A stretch of 64,000 bases of DNA from Candidatus Velthaea sp. (GTDB taxonomy: Bacteria; Vulcanimicrobiota; Vulcanimicrobiia; Vulcanimicrobiales; Vulcanimicrobiaceae), in assembly GCA_050012475.1 (NCBI GenBank), contig JBEKHC010000002.1, forward strand, positions 1-64,000, given 5' to 3'. Each line of letters begins with the position of its first letter. Position 1 is the first letter of the stretch. Under the pieces are notes generated by a model, which did not search any database, was not told the origin of the DNA, and saw nothing but the letters and a program-made list of their open reading frames with translations. Positions 1-9,310 of this stretch are shown here, piece by piece. The position numbers and the translations under genes were made by a program.

Positions 1-1629
1 GCCAAGGCGACCGCTCGCAAGCCGCGCCGCGGCGCGGGTTCGGGCGCGCTCGATCGCACCTTGTCCGACGCGCCGCTCAAAGCGCTCTACGAGCCTGCGG
101 ACGTCGCTCACCTCGACCTCGCGCGCGATCTGGGTGTGCCGGGCGAGTTTCCGTACACGCGCGGCATCCATTCCAACATGTACCGCGAGCGGCTCTGGAC
201 GATGCGGCAGTTCGCCGGCTTCGGCAACGCCAAACAGACCAACGAGCGCTACCATTTTCTCTTGGCGCAGGGCAACCACGGACTGTCGGTCGCATTCGAC
301 ATGCCGACGCTCATGGGCTACGACTCCGATCACCCCAAGTCGCGGGGCGAAGTCGGAAAGTGCGGCGTGGCGATCGACTCGATCCGCGACATGGAGACGC
401 TTTTCGCGGGCATCGACATGGGCGCGATCACCACGTCGATGACGATCAACGGGCCGGCCGCCATCGCGCTCGCGCTCTATATCGTGGCGGCCGAAAACAA
501 AGGCATCCCGCGAGCAAAGCTGGGCGGCACGCTGCAGGCCGACATCCTCAAAGAGTACATCGCGCAAAAAGAATGGATCTTTCCGCCGCGGCCCCACGTG
601 CGCGTCATCGTCGACATGATGCGCTTTTGCCGCGACGAGATGCCGCTTTGGAACACGATCTCGGTCAGCGGCTATCACATCCGCGAAGCCGGATCGACCG
701 CCGCGCAAGAGCTGGCGTTCACGCTGGCCGACGGTTTTGCCTACGTCGAAGCGGCCATCGCAGCGGGGATGGACGTCGACAGCTTTGCGCCGCGGCTGTC
801 GTTTTTCTTCAACGCGCATATCGATTTCTTCGAAGAGATCGCCAAATACCGGGCCGCGCGGCGCATCTACGCGCGCCGCATGCGCGACAAGTACGGCGCG
901 AAAGATCCGCGCTCGTGGCAGCTGCGCTTCCATACCCAAACCGCGGGCTGCAGCGCGACCGCCCAGCAGCCCGAAAACAACATCGTGCGGACGGCCTACG
1001 AAGCGCTCGCGGCGGTGCTGGGCGGTACGCAATCGCTGCACACGAACTCGATGGATGAAGTGATGGCGCTGCCGACCGAAAAGAGCGTCGAAATCGCGCT
1101 GCGCACCCAGCAGGTGCTGGCCTACGAAACCAACGTGACCAACGTGGTCGATCCGCTGGGCGGCTCGTATTTCGTCGAAGCGCTGACCGACGCCATGGAG
1201 CAGCAGGCCGAACACTACTTCGAGAAGATCGCCGAATTCGGCGGGGTAATCGAAGCGATCGAGGCCGGCTTCTTCCAACGCGAGATCGCCGACGCGTCGT
1301 ACCGCTATCAGCGTTCGCTGGAGGTCAAGGACCGGGTCATCGTCGGGGTCAATGCCTTCGAGCACGAGACCGATGACGTACCGCCCGAGTTGCTCAAGAT
1401 CGGCCGCGACATCGAAGCGGGTCAGGCGGCCGCGGTCGGAACGGTGCGGGCAGACCGGGATGCGGCGGCCGTCGAGCGGACGCTGACGGCTTTGGGCGCC
1501 GCGTGCCGAAGCGCTGAAAACCTGATGCCGCGGCTGATCGACGCCGTCAAGGCGTGCGCCACGGAGGGCGAAATCGTCGATACGATGGTCGAGGTTTTCG
1601 GCCGTTACTCGGAAAGAGCAGCGTTCTGA
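1..1629 (+). CDS. icmA: B12-dependent acyl-CoA mutase large subunit (methylmalonyl-CoA mutase family, isobutyryl-CoA mutase-type residues); 5' end lies upstream of the window
   Basis: Motifs [49 protein letters not shown]. Frame is open from base 1. No B12-binding domain (encoded by the next gene). Confidence 0.85.
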   Translation, partial: AKATARKPRRGAGSGALDRTLSDAPLKALYEPADVAHLDLARDLGVPGEFPYTRGIHSNMYRERLWTMRQFAGFGNAKQTNERYHFLLAQGNHGLSVAFDMPTLMGYDSDHPKSRGEVGKCGVAIDSIRDMETLFAGIDMGAITTSMTINGPAAIALALYIVAAENKGIPRAKLGGTLQADILKEYIAQKEWIFPPRPHVRVIVDMMRFCRDEMPLWNTISVSGYHIREAGSTAAQELAFTLADGFAYVEAAIAAGMDVDSFAPRLSFFFNAHIDFFEEIAKYRAARRIYARRMRDKYGAKDPRSWQLRFHTQTAGCSATAQQPENNIVRTAYEALAAVLGGTQSLHTNSMDEVMALPTEKSVEIALRTQQVLAYETNVTNVVDPLGGSYFVEALTDAMEQQAEHYFEKIAEFGGVIEAIEAGFFQREIADASYRYQRSLEVKDRVIVGVNAFEHETDDVPPELLKIGRDIEAGQAAAVGTVRADRDAAAVERTLTALGAACRSAENLMPRLIDAVKACATEGEIVDTMVEVFGRYSERAAF

Positions 1630-1674
1630 AATGATCGGACAACGAGTGAAGGGCGCCCCCGGGAGCTGCGACTA

Positions 1675-2091
1675 ATGGATGAACGACCGCTGCGCGTCAT
1701 CATTGCCAAAGCCGGCTTGGACGGTCACGATCGCGGTGCGAAGGTCATCGCGCGCGCGCTGCGTGACGCCGGGATGGAAGTCATCTATACCGGGCTGTTC
1801 CAGACGCCCGAACAGATCGTTCAAACCGCGATCCAGGAGGACGCCGACGGCGTCGGCCTCTCGATTCTGTCGGGCGCGCACATGACGCTCTTCCCGCTCG
1901 TCGTCGAGCAGCTCAAGGCGCAGGGCGCCGGCGACATTGTGTTTTTCGGCGGCGGCACGATCCCGGCCGATGACGCGGCCGAACTCAAAGCGCTGGGCGT
2001 CCGCGAGATCTTCACGCCCGGAGCGCCGCTGGCGAACATCATCCGCTTCGTCGAGGCCGAGTGCGGCAAACGACGTGAATTGGTCGGTTAG
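1675..2091 (+). CDS. icmB: Cobalamin-binding small subunit of acyl-CoA mutase
   Basis: [10 protein letters not shown] (DxHxxG), SILSGAH, GGGTIP; adjacent to the large subunit. Confidence 0.88.
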   Translation: MDERPLRVIIAKAGLDGHDRGAKVIARALRDAGMEVIYTGLFQTPEQIVQTAIQEDADGVGLSILSGAHMTLFPLVVEQLKAQGAGDIVFFGGGTIPADDAAELKALGVREIFTPGAPLANIIRFVEAECGKRRELVG

Positions 2092-2094
2092 CGG

Positions 2095-3585
2095 GTGGAT
2101 TCGCGACCGGTCCGCACTCGGGTTGCGCCGTCTCCGACGGGCGATCCGCACGTCGGTACGGCGTACGTTGCCTTAGTCAACTACATTTTTGCCAAGCAAA
2201 ACAACGGGACGTTCTTGCTGCGCATCGAGGACACCGATCGCGTCCGCAGCACGCACGAATCGGAACGCGCGATCCTCGAGTCGCTGCGTTGGCTCGGTCT
2301 GACCTGGGACGAAGGACCCGACGTCGGCGGCCCGCACGGGCCCTATCGTCAAAGCGACCGCATCGCGATTTACACGCGCTATGCGGCCGAGCTGCTTGAA
2401 AAAGGTCACGCGTTCCGCTGCTTTTGTTCGCCTGAACGCCTGGCTTCGATGCGCGAGGCGCAGCGGCTGGCGAAGCAGCCGCCGCGCTACGACGGACACT
2501 GCCTCAAACTCGATGCCGCCCAGGTCGACGCGCTCGCAGCGGAAGGCATTCCGTCGGTCGTGCGGCTGAAAGTGCCCGACTTCGGCGTCTGCGTCGTTCA
2601 CGATCTGCGCCGCGGTCCGATCGAGTTCGAGTGGCACGCCGTCGACATGCAAGTGCTGGTAAAATCGGACGGGATGCCGACGTATCATCTCGCCAACGTC
2701 GTCGACGATCACCTCATGCAGATCACGCACGTGTTCCGCGGCGAAGAATGGGTGAGCTCCGCCCCCAAACACCTGCTGCTCTACGAATATTTCGGCTGGG
2801 AACCGCCGCAGCTCATGCACTTGCCGCTGCTGCGCAATCCCGACAAGTCGAAATTGAGCAAGCGCAAGAACCCGACGAGCATTTTGTTTTACCGGCGCAT
2901 GGGATATCTGCCTGAAGCGTTGCTCAATTTCTTGGGCTTGCTGCTCGTATCTTCGGCCGAAGGTGAAGAAGTGATGACGCTAGACGAGCTTGGGCGGCGC
3001 TTCGATATCGCGAATATTTCGCTGGGCGGTCCGGTCTTCGACGTGCCGAAACTCGATTGGCTCAACGGCCGCTACATCCGTGATCTCGAGCCGCGCGCGT
3101 TACTCGAGCGCACGCGGGCGTGGGGTTTCGCCGCGGAGCGCGTGGCGCGGATCGTCGACCTCGCTCAGCCGCGCATCGAGCGTTTGAGCGACTTCGGCGA
3201 GTTGACGGCGTTCTTCTTCGCCGGCCGGTTATCGCTCACCAAGGAGCGGCTGTTGGAAGGCAAACTCGCGCCCGAGTACGTGCGCCAGGGGTTGGCGCTG
3301 GCCCTCTGGGGTCTGGATGCCGAACGTGTCTTCGACCGCTCCGCCATCGAGCGCGTGCTCAAGGGCGCGAGCAGCGCGCTCGGGCAAAAGTTCCGCGATC
3401 TGGCGCGCACGTATTACATTGCCATAACCGGCAGTCCGACTTCGGTTCCGTTGTTCGAGTCGATGGAGCTGCTGGGACGGGATATCGTTCGCGAGCGACT
3501 GCGCTGCGCGCTCGAATTGGTCGGACCCCCGACCGCGGCCGAACAGAAATCGTGGCGCGCGGCGCTACCTGCGGAGGAGGTCTAA
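2095..3585 (+). CDS. gltX: Glutamate--tRNA ligase
   Basis: APSPTGDPHVG (HIGH-like), LRIEDTD, KLSKR. Confidence 0.95.
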   Translation: MDSRPVRTRVAPSPTGDPHVGTAYVALVNYIFAKQNNGTFLLRIEDTDRVRSTHESERAILESLRWLGLTWDEGPDVGGPHGPYRQSDRIAIYTRYAAELLEKGHAFRCFCSPERLASMREAQRLAKQPPRYDGHCLKLDAAQVDALAAEGIPSVVRLKVPDFGVCVVHDLRRGPIEFEWHAVDMQVLVKSDGMPTYHLANVVDDHLMQITHVFRGEEWVSSAPKHLLLYEYFGWEPPQLMHLPLLRNPDKSKLSKRKNPTSILFYRRMGYLPEALLNFLGLLLVSSAEGEEVMTLDELGRRFDIANISLGGPVFDVPKLDWLNGRYIRDLEPRALLERTRAWGFAAERVARIVDLAQPRIERLSDFGELTAFFFAGRLSLTKERLLEGKLAPEYVRQGLALALWGLDAERVFDRSAIERVLKGASSALGQKFRDLARTYYIAITGSPTSVPLFESMELLGRDIVRERLRCALELVGPPTAAEQKSWRAALPAEEV

Positions 3586-4950
3586 GTGGCGGCACCGGCT
3601 CGCGCGATCGTCCTCGCCGCGGGGATGGGCACGCGCATGAAGTCGACGCAGCCCAAGGTCCTGCACGAGATCTGCGGCCGGCCGATGCTGTGGTACACCT
3701 TGAGCGCCCTCGCGGCGGCGGGCGTCCAGGAAACGGTCGTGGTCACCAATGCCGTCGTGGAACCGCGCATCGGGCCGCTGCTCGCGACGTTCGGCGCGCG
3801 CAGCGTCGTCCAGCAACCGCAACGCGGCACGGGTCACGCGGTGCAAATCGGCTTACGCGCGTTGTCGCCCGAGTCCGGCACGGTCGTCGTCGCGTACGGC
3901 GACATGCCGCTGGTCAGTGCGCAGATTTTCGCCGACGTCATCGGCGCGGTCCGGGCGGACGACGCTGCCGGACTCGGACTGACCACGGCGCTGATGCCGT
4001 TGCCCTCCAGCTTCGGGCGCGTCATCCGGCACGGCGACTCAGTGGCGAAGATCGTCGAAGAGCGCGACTGCTCGCCCGCCGAGCGCGCCGTGAACGAGAT
4101 GAACGCCGGTATTTATGCCTACGACGAACGGGCGCTGCGCAGCGTGATCGACGACTTGCGCGACGATAACGTGCAGCGCGAGTTGTATCTCACCGACACC
4201 GTCGCACTGCTGCTCGCGGCGGGGCTGCAGGTCGTGCCGGTGGCGTGCGCGGACTACCGGCTGGTGCTCGGCGTGAACGATCGCGTCGAACTCGCGCAGG
4301 CGCGCGCGCTGCTGAACCGATCGCTCTGCGAGCAGCACATGCGCTCCGGGGTGACGATCGTCGACCCGGCCACCACCTACCTCGAACCGGGCCTCGTGAT
4401 CGGAGCGGATTCGATCGTCTATCCGAACACCGCCATCGGCGGCGCGACCGTGATCGGCGCGAACGCCGTCCTCGGGCCCAATTCGCGCATCGCGAATGCG
4501 ACGATCGGCGACGGCGTGCAAATCACCGAGAGCGTGGTGCTCGACACGCAGCTCGCCGCGCACGTTCGCGTCGGCCCGTTCGCGCACTTACGGCAGGGCA
4601 ACGTCGTCGGCGCCGACGCCCGCGTCGGCAACTTCGTCGAACTCAAGAACACCACGCTGCACGCCGCCGCCAAGGCGAATCATCTGGCCTATTTGGGCGA
4701 TGCCGAGGTCGGCGCAGGCGCGAACATCGGGGCGGGCACGATCACGTGCAACTATGACGGCAAGCACAAGCATCGCACGGAGATCGGTCCGGGCGCCTTC
4801 GTCGGGTCGAACTCTTCGCTCGTCGCCCCCGTGCGGATCGGAGCGGGGGCGCAGACCGGCGCCGGCGCCGTCGTGATCCGCGACGTCGGTGACGGCGAGC
4901 GAGTGGTCGGGAATCCGGCGCGGCCGCTAGTAAAGAAAAGCAGCGTTTGA
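3586..4950 (+). CDS. glmU: Bifunctional UDP-GlcNAc pyrophosphorylase / glucosamine-1-P acetyltransferase
   Basis: LAAGMGTRMKS, YLTD, hexapeptide repeats, GAGTITCNYDG. Confidence 0.96.
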   Translation: MAAPARAIVLAAGMGTRMKSTQPKVLHEICGRPMLWYTLSALAAAGVQETVVVTNAVVEPRIGPLLATFGARSVVQQPQRGTGHAVQIGLRALSPESGTVVVAYGDMPLVSAQIFADVIGAVRADDAAGLGLTTALMPLPSSFGRVIRHGDSVAKIVEERDCSPAERAVNEMNAGIYAYDERALRSVIDDLRDDNVQRELYLTDTVALLLAAGLQVVPVACADYRLVLGVNDRVELAQARALLNRSLCEQHMRSGVTIVDPATTYLEPGLVIGADSIVYPNTAIGGATVIGANAVLGPNSRIANATIGDGVQITESVVLDTQLAAHVRVGPFAHLRQGNVVGADARVGNFVELKNTTLHAAAKANHLAYLGDAEVGAGANIGAGTITCNYDGKHKHRTEIGPGAFVGSNSSLVAPVRIGAGAQTGAGAVVIRDVGDGERVVGNPARPLVKKSSV

Positions 4951-4958
4951 ACCGATAT
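4931..4958 (+). promoter_or_regulatory. Putative sigma28 (FliA/SigD)-type promoter
   Basis: TAAA(4931)-N16-ACCGATAT(4951-4958), 7 nt upstream of ATG 4966. Confidence 0.55.
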
Positions 4959-4965
4959 CAAAGCC

Positions 4966-5145
4966 ATGGGAATGAGCATCGGCGACACCGGCGCTTCGGC
5001 TGACTCGGGCGGCGCCATTGCTTCATTGGCTGCGGCCAACTCGGCGAGCACGATGCTTACCCAAGTCGCAAACGCCCAGGTTGCCAACGTCGAAGCGCTG
5101 TTCGGTTCGCTCGGTCTGGGCACGAACGTAAACGCCGTCGCATAA
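4966..5145 (+). CDS. Small 59-aa YjfB-like (putative motility-associated) protein, absent from the ORF track
   Basis: MGMSIGDTGAS...QVANVEALFGSLGLGTNVNAVA*. The C-terminus resembles the LG.N.D..A ending of YjfB-type proteins, and a sigma28-like promoter lies upstream. Confidence 0.6.
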   Translation: MGMSIGDTGASADSGGAIASLAAANSASTMLTQVANAQVANVEALFGSLGLGTNVNAVA

Positions 5146-5333
5146 CAGCAGGATTCGCGGCGCTGAACGCGCCGCGAATCCATGGCGTTTGCGGCTGCGC
5201 CGCAAGCCGCGGTTGCGTTCGGCACTGCGCGTCGAGCCGCACGTGGCGTTCGGTGCTGCGGGCCTAGCGTGCGTGGCGTTCGCTGCGGGCTGAGCCACGG
5301 TGGCGTTTGCGCTGCGTGCGGTCGCGCGGCGGC
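5146..5333 (+). repeat. REP/BIME-like hairpin array, copy 1
   Basis: CAGCA, then a perfect 13-bp stem GGATTCGCGGCGC/GCGCCGCGAATCC, then five ~27-31-nt units related to TGGCGTTTGCGGCTGCGCCGCAAGCCGCGG. Confidence 0.85.
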
Positions 5334-5500
5334 TCGGATGGAAGTCGCACGTTGCTTGCACTTCGTGCAGGAGCGTGCCTTGGTTTGTGCTGCCTGCGGT
5401 TAACATTGCGCCGCCTTGCATGTTAGGCACGGCTCGGCGCGGCTCTTTTCATTTTCCGCGAGGATGGCGGGCGCGGTTCGCAAGCGAAGCTGTCAAACTT

Positions 5501-6349
5501 ATGGGCTCTGCACGCGTGCTCCTCGACAGCATCTCGCCCGCCGGGGTGCGGCTGACGACGATGGAAGTAAGATTCCATCGTTTCATTTTGCCCGAGTTCA
5601 ACACCCATCGCGCGTTCTCGCGCAACGCGGCGAGTTCGCGTGCGATCCCGATCAAGAAAGTGATCGCGGCGGTCCGCAACGATCCGGCGCTGCCGGTCTT
5701 CTGGGGCAAAAATCAGAGCGGGATGGCGGCGCGCCAAGAAATCGACGAGCCTGCGCGCGAACGCGCGCGCCGCGAATGGCAGCGGGCTTTGGACAATGCG
5801 CTCGAGAGCGCCGAGCGGCTCGCAAGCTCAGACATCGATCTGCACAAGCAGCTGGTGAATCGGATTCTCGAACCGTTCGCTTGGATCACCGTGATCGTCA
5901 GTGCGACCGAATGGGCAAATTTTTTCACCCAGCGCTGTCATCCCGACGCGCAGCCCGAAATCCATCATCTCGCCGTAGCGATGCTCGAAGCGTACCGGGC
6001 GAGCACGCCGCGCGAAGTCGGGCTAGGCGGCTGGCATCTGCCGCTCGTCCTGCCGGATGAACGCATGCTCGATTCCGCGACGCTGCGGAAACTCAGCGTC
6101 GCGCGTTGTGCGCGCGTCAGTTATCTCACGCACGACAACGTGCGCGACGTTGCCAAAGATCTCGAGCTGTACGACAAGCTGATGAGCGGCGGAGCGAACG
6201 GACACTGGAGTCCGACCGAACACGTTGCCACCCCGCTCGACGACCCGCGCGAAACGTGCGCGAATTTCCGCGGGTGGAAGCAGTTCCGCAAGCTGTTCAG
6301 TGCGGAAAACGCGGCCACGTTCCCGGACGAGATCGCACGAACCGGATAA
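5501..6349 (+). CDS. thyX: FAD-dependent thymidylate synthase (Thy1/ThyX)
   Basis: THRAFSRNAASSRAIP motif, ARCARVSY, HWSPTEH. Start taken at ATG 5501 because the longer ORF runs through the repeat. Confidence 0.85.
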   Translation: MGSARVLLDSISPAGVRLTTMEVRFHRFILPEFNTHRAFSRNAASSRAIPIKKVIAAVRNDPALPVFWGKNQSGMAARQEIDEPARERARREWQRALDNALESAERLASSDIDLHKQLVNRILEPFAWITVIVSATEWANFFTQRCHPDAQPEIHHLAVAMLEAYRASTPREVGLGGWHLPLVLPDERMLDSATLRKLSVARCARVSYLTHDNVRDVAKDLELYDKLMSGGANGHWSPTEHVATPLDDPRETCANFRGWKQFRKLFSAENAATFPDEIARTG

Positions 6350-7593
6350 GCCGGGCGCAGCGGTGGGGTTTCATCGTGTGCCTCGCCGCGCTGCTCGGCG
6401 CGGGGGCGTTCGCGGCCGCGGCGGCGGCGTCGCCGTCAACGGCGCGCACGCCGTTCGATGTCCGCGTCGATGCGCTGTCGGACCGGGCACTGCTGACGCT
6501 GCCGCCGCAAGATCTCGTCGACGCGGCGCGCCAGCGCGCCGCGCATGAGATCACCGATCTGCGCCAAGGGATATTTTTCGCCTGGGCCGGCGCGCAGATT
6601 TGGGCCTTCGCCTGGCTCTGGCAATCGGGCCGTGCCGCCCGGCTGCGCGACTGGCTGCGCCGCCGCATCCGCTCGCGCTGGGCGTATCGCGCGGCGTTCG
6701 GAGCGGCGCTGGGTGCGCTCGCGCCGGTGGCCGGGTTGCCGTTCGCATTCGTCGCCTATCGAATCGGATTCAACGTGGGGTTGACCGAAGAAGTGATCGG
6801 GAATTGGCTGCTGGACTACGCGTGCCGGATGCTCGTCGATGCCGCCGGCGCGGCGGTTGCCGTCGGTTTGATTCTCGAACTCGTCGATCGCACGCGGCTG
6901 TGGTATCTCGCTTTCTTGACGATTTTGTTTGCGGTCTCGATCGAAATCGTCGCGATCTCGCCGGTCGTCATCACGCCGCTCTCGACGCGGCTGGTGCGGC
7001 TTACGATCGCCGCCGCGGCACCGGTCGAAATGGCCGACGCGTCGGTGCGGTCGCAGGCTTTGAGCGCGTCAACCGCGGGCCTCGGCTCGTTCACGCGGAT
7101 CATCCTCAGCGACGTTCTGGTGTCGTCGGCCACCCCGCCGGAGATCGCGTACGTCGTCGATCGCGAGAACGCGCACGTCGCGCACAACGACGATCTCAAG
7201 GTCGCGCTCATCGCGATCACGATGTTCGTTTTCGCGGTCGCGATCGCGGTCTTGATCAGCGATCGGATCACGTTTCGCCGTGACGATGATGCGGTTTCGC
7301 GTTTGGCGCTCGTCGCCGCGTGCCTGGGCTTTGTCGGGCTGTTGATGTTTCCGCTCTTCAACGCCTACGCGCGGGGGATCGACTTCCGGGCCGACGAGGA
7401 CGCCCGGCGGATGTTGCGCGATCCTGCGCCGGCGGTCCGCTTTCTGGTCCGGCAGGCCGATCACGATCTGATCCCGCTGTGTCGCCGGCGGTCGTCGAAC
7501 TGGTACTTCGGTCAGGATCTGGCGATCGGGACGCGGATTGCGGCGATGCGCCGGACCCAGGACCCCTGTCCGCACTCGTCCTCCGAACAATAG
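6346..7593 (+). CDS. M48 (Ste24/HtpX)-like membrane protein with degenerate Zn motif; start uncertain (ATA 6346 or GTG 6376)
   Basis: Multiple TM segments; GLGSFTRIILSD; EIAYVVDRENAH in place of HExxH; DFRAD. Confidence 0.7.
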   Translation: MSRAQRWGFIVCLAALLGAGAFAAAAAASPSTARTPFDVRVDALSDRALLTLPPQDLVDAARQRAAHEITDLRQGIFFAWAGAQIWAFAWLWQSGRAARLRDWLRRRIRSRWAYRAAFGAALGALAPVAGLPFAFVAYRIGFNVGLTEEVIGNWLLDYACRMLVDAAGAAVAVGLILELVDRTRLWYLAFLTILFAVSIEIVAISPVVITPLSTRLVRLTIAAAAPVEMADASVRSQALSASTAGLGSFTRIILSDVLVSSATPPEIAYVVDRENAHVAHNDDLKVALIAITMFVFAVAIAVLISDRITFRRDDDAVSRLALVAACLGFVGLLMFPLFNAYARGIDFRADEDARRMLRDPAPAVRFLVRQADHDLIPLCRRRSSNWYFGQDLAIGTRIAAMRRTQDPCPHSSSEQ

Positions 7594-7672
7594 AGCCACC
7601 GCGGCTTGGCGCGGGAGGAACGGCGTCCGGTCTCGCGCGCAGCGCAAACGCCACGGGTTCGGCGCGTGGACG
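7594..7672 (-). repeat. REP/BIME-like hairpin array, partial copy (minus strand)
   Basis: Reverse strand reads ...TGGCGTTTGCGCTGCGCGCGAGACCGG...GCCAAGCCGCGGTGGC, matching the unit consensus. Confidence 0.65.
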
Positions 7673-7791
7673 AGGGTCGCCATTACGGCATGCATGCACA
7701 GCAGCTGGCGATCCTCAACGCTATGGTCAAGGTTGGAAGGCAATGGGAACACCCAGGCCTCCCGACCTCGGCTGACAACACCGTTGGTGCT
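7673..7791 (+). mobile_element. IS110-family transposase C-terminal remnant plus probable right end
   Basis: RVAITACMH (1-nt frameshift) QLAILNAMVKVGRQW resembles the IS110 C-terminus (KVA.VACMRKLL.ILNAM....W). It is followed by CTGACAACACCGTTGGTGCT. Confidence 0.6.
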
Positions 7792-8599
7792 AATGTGCGG
7801 CTTGGAGGACCTGGCCGAGCGAAGCGACCCGCGCGTACCCGGCGGGCACCGCGAAGACGGTGTCATCGGGCGTTTCCAAAGCGATCGCGGTGAGATCCAG
7901 GCGCAGTGAACCGCCGAAATCCTGCGGTGTGGCGGGTGTACTGCTGAACAGAATGCGCACCGGAAATCCATCCAGATCGTCGGCGAGCGCCAGCTGCGCG
8001 TGGTAATCCTCGAGCGCTTTGCCCGGCCGTTGGCGGCGCACGAGTACGTCGAGGTCGTCGGTCGCGTGACCGTTGGTGGTGCTGTGCCCGGTCAATTCAA
8101 TCGACGCGCGCTGGACGTCGTGCAGCTGCCGGACGATGCCCGCCAGTGCGGCGAGCGGGTCGGCCGCGCCGGGAGAAGCGGGAAGCGGTGCCGTCGCCGG
8201 GCCGGGCGTGGCCGCCTTGGGTGTGTCCTCGTAGTAGTCGCGATTGCCGTTCGAGTAGGCCGTCAGCGCTCCGGTGGCACCGTTGTAAATGATCGTTGCG
8301 CCGCCTGGGGCGAGCAGCGCGCCGGCGACGGCGCTGGTGGTCGAATCGGTTCCGGGAAAGCCCAGCGAGAGCAGGTCGAGCCGATACATGCTGCCGCGCC
8401 GGTAAAGCGCGATGTTGCCGCCGACGTTGAATGGCGAACCCGAGACCGTGGCTTGCACCACGAGCGTTCCGGTCGAATGGAAACCCGTTGCCGGCCCGCT
8501 GGCGCTGCCCGTCGCCGGCGCCGCGGTGCGCCCCGCGGCCGGTGCTGCGAGGAGGGATGCGAGCAGCGCCGCCGCGAGCATTCGGCGCGGGGCGTTCAT
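7790..8599 (-). CDS. Secreted hypothetical protein
   Basis: N-terminal signal peptide, beta-rich body, C-terminal FAVPAGY (DUF4412-like ending). Confidence 0.7.
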   Translation of the reverse strand: MNAPRRMLAAALLASLLAAPAAGRTAAPATGSASGPATGFHSTGTLVVQATVSGSPFNVGGNIALYRRGSMYRLDLLSLGFPGTDSTTSAVAGALLAPGGATIIYNGATGALTAYSNGNRDYYEDTPKAATPGPATAPLPASPGAADPLAALAGIVRQLHDVQRASIELTGHSTTNGHATDDLDVLVRRQRPGKALEDYHAQLALADDLDGFPVRILFSSTPATPQDFGGSLRLDLTAIALETPDDTVFAVPAGYARVASLGQVLQAAH

Positions 8600-9279
8600 G
8601 CGGTATAGACCGTGCCCGCGACTTGCGTGCCGAGATGCCGGGCGGTGAGAAACTCGACGATCGCGGCATGGGCGATGCGACCGTCGACGATCTGGGCTGC
8701 GCCGACGCCGCCGCGCACGCCCAGGGCCGCCGCGCGGATCGCCGAGCGCAGAGCGCCGCCCAGCCGTTCGTCGTCGGCTAACGTGAGGGCTTCGGCGGGC
8801 GTGAGCTCGTCGATGAGCAGTTGCGTCTGAACGTCGATCACGCCGCCGGCGTCGTTGAAGAAGATGGCCCGCGTCGCAGCGATGGCCTGGGCCAGCGCGC
8901 TGGCGACCGCGTCGGGCTCCACCGCGACGTCGCGTCCGAAGAGTCCCAGCGCCAGCGGTTCGATGACCGGAACGTAACCTGCGCCGAGCAGCGTATTGAG
9001 CAGCCGGGTCTGCACGGCACCAACTTCGGGGCCGGCGCCCGCCGGAATCATCCCTGCGTCCGCGCCGGATAAACCGACGGCCGTGTCGCCGGTCCGATTC
9101 ATCAGCCGCACCACCGTGCGGGCGCTTTCGGGCGACGGCGCGACCACCACCGGACGCACGCCCAGTTCGCGCAAGAACGCGAGATCGGAGAAGAGCGTCG
9201 TGCCGTCGGCGGCGAGCGTCGGTTCGTCGATGCGGAGAACTAGGCTTCTGTGAAGACCCGTCATTGCTGGGTACTCCAT
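8596..9279 (-). CDS. Amino-acid kinase fold protein, acetylglutamate kinase-like but degenerate
   Basis: AVGLSGADAG, GYVPVI, IVDGRIAHAAIVEFLT...GT are ArgB-like; the N-terminal KxGG and VHGGG motifs are missing. Confidence 0.7.
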   Translation of the reverse strand: MEYPAMTGLHRSLVLRIDEPTLAADGTTLFSDLAFLRELGVRPVVVAPSPESARTVVRLMNRTGDTAVGLSGADAGMIPAGAGPEVGAVQTRLLNTLLGAGYVPVIEPLALGLFGRDVAVEPDAVASALAQAIAATRAIFFNDAGGVIDVQTQLLIDELTPAEALTLADDERLGGALRSAIRAAALGVRGGVGAAQIVDGRIAHAAIVEFLTARHLGTQVAGTVYTA

Positions 9280-9310
9280 CGTTGCGGTGGTGTATACCCT
9301 TTTCGGTGCG

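Noticed and set aside
5146..5333. Tandem ~30-nt repeats as a CRISPR array (also 14640-14820, 45380-45532)
   Set aside because: Units are contiguous and degenerate with no unique spacers, and there are no cas genes in the window.
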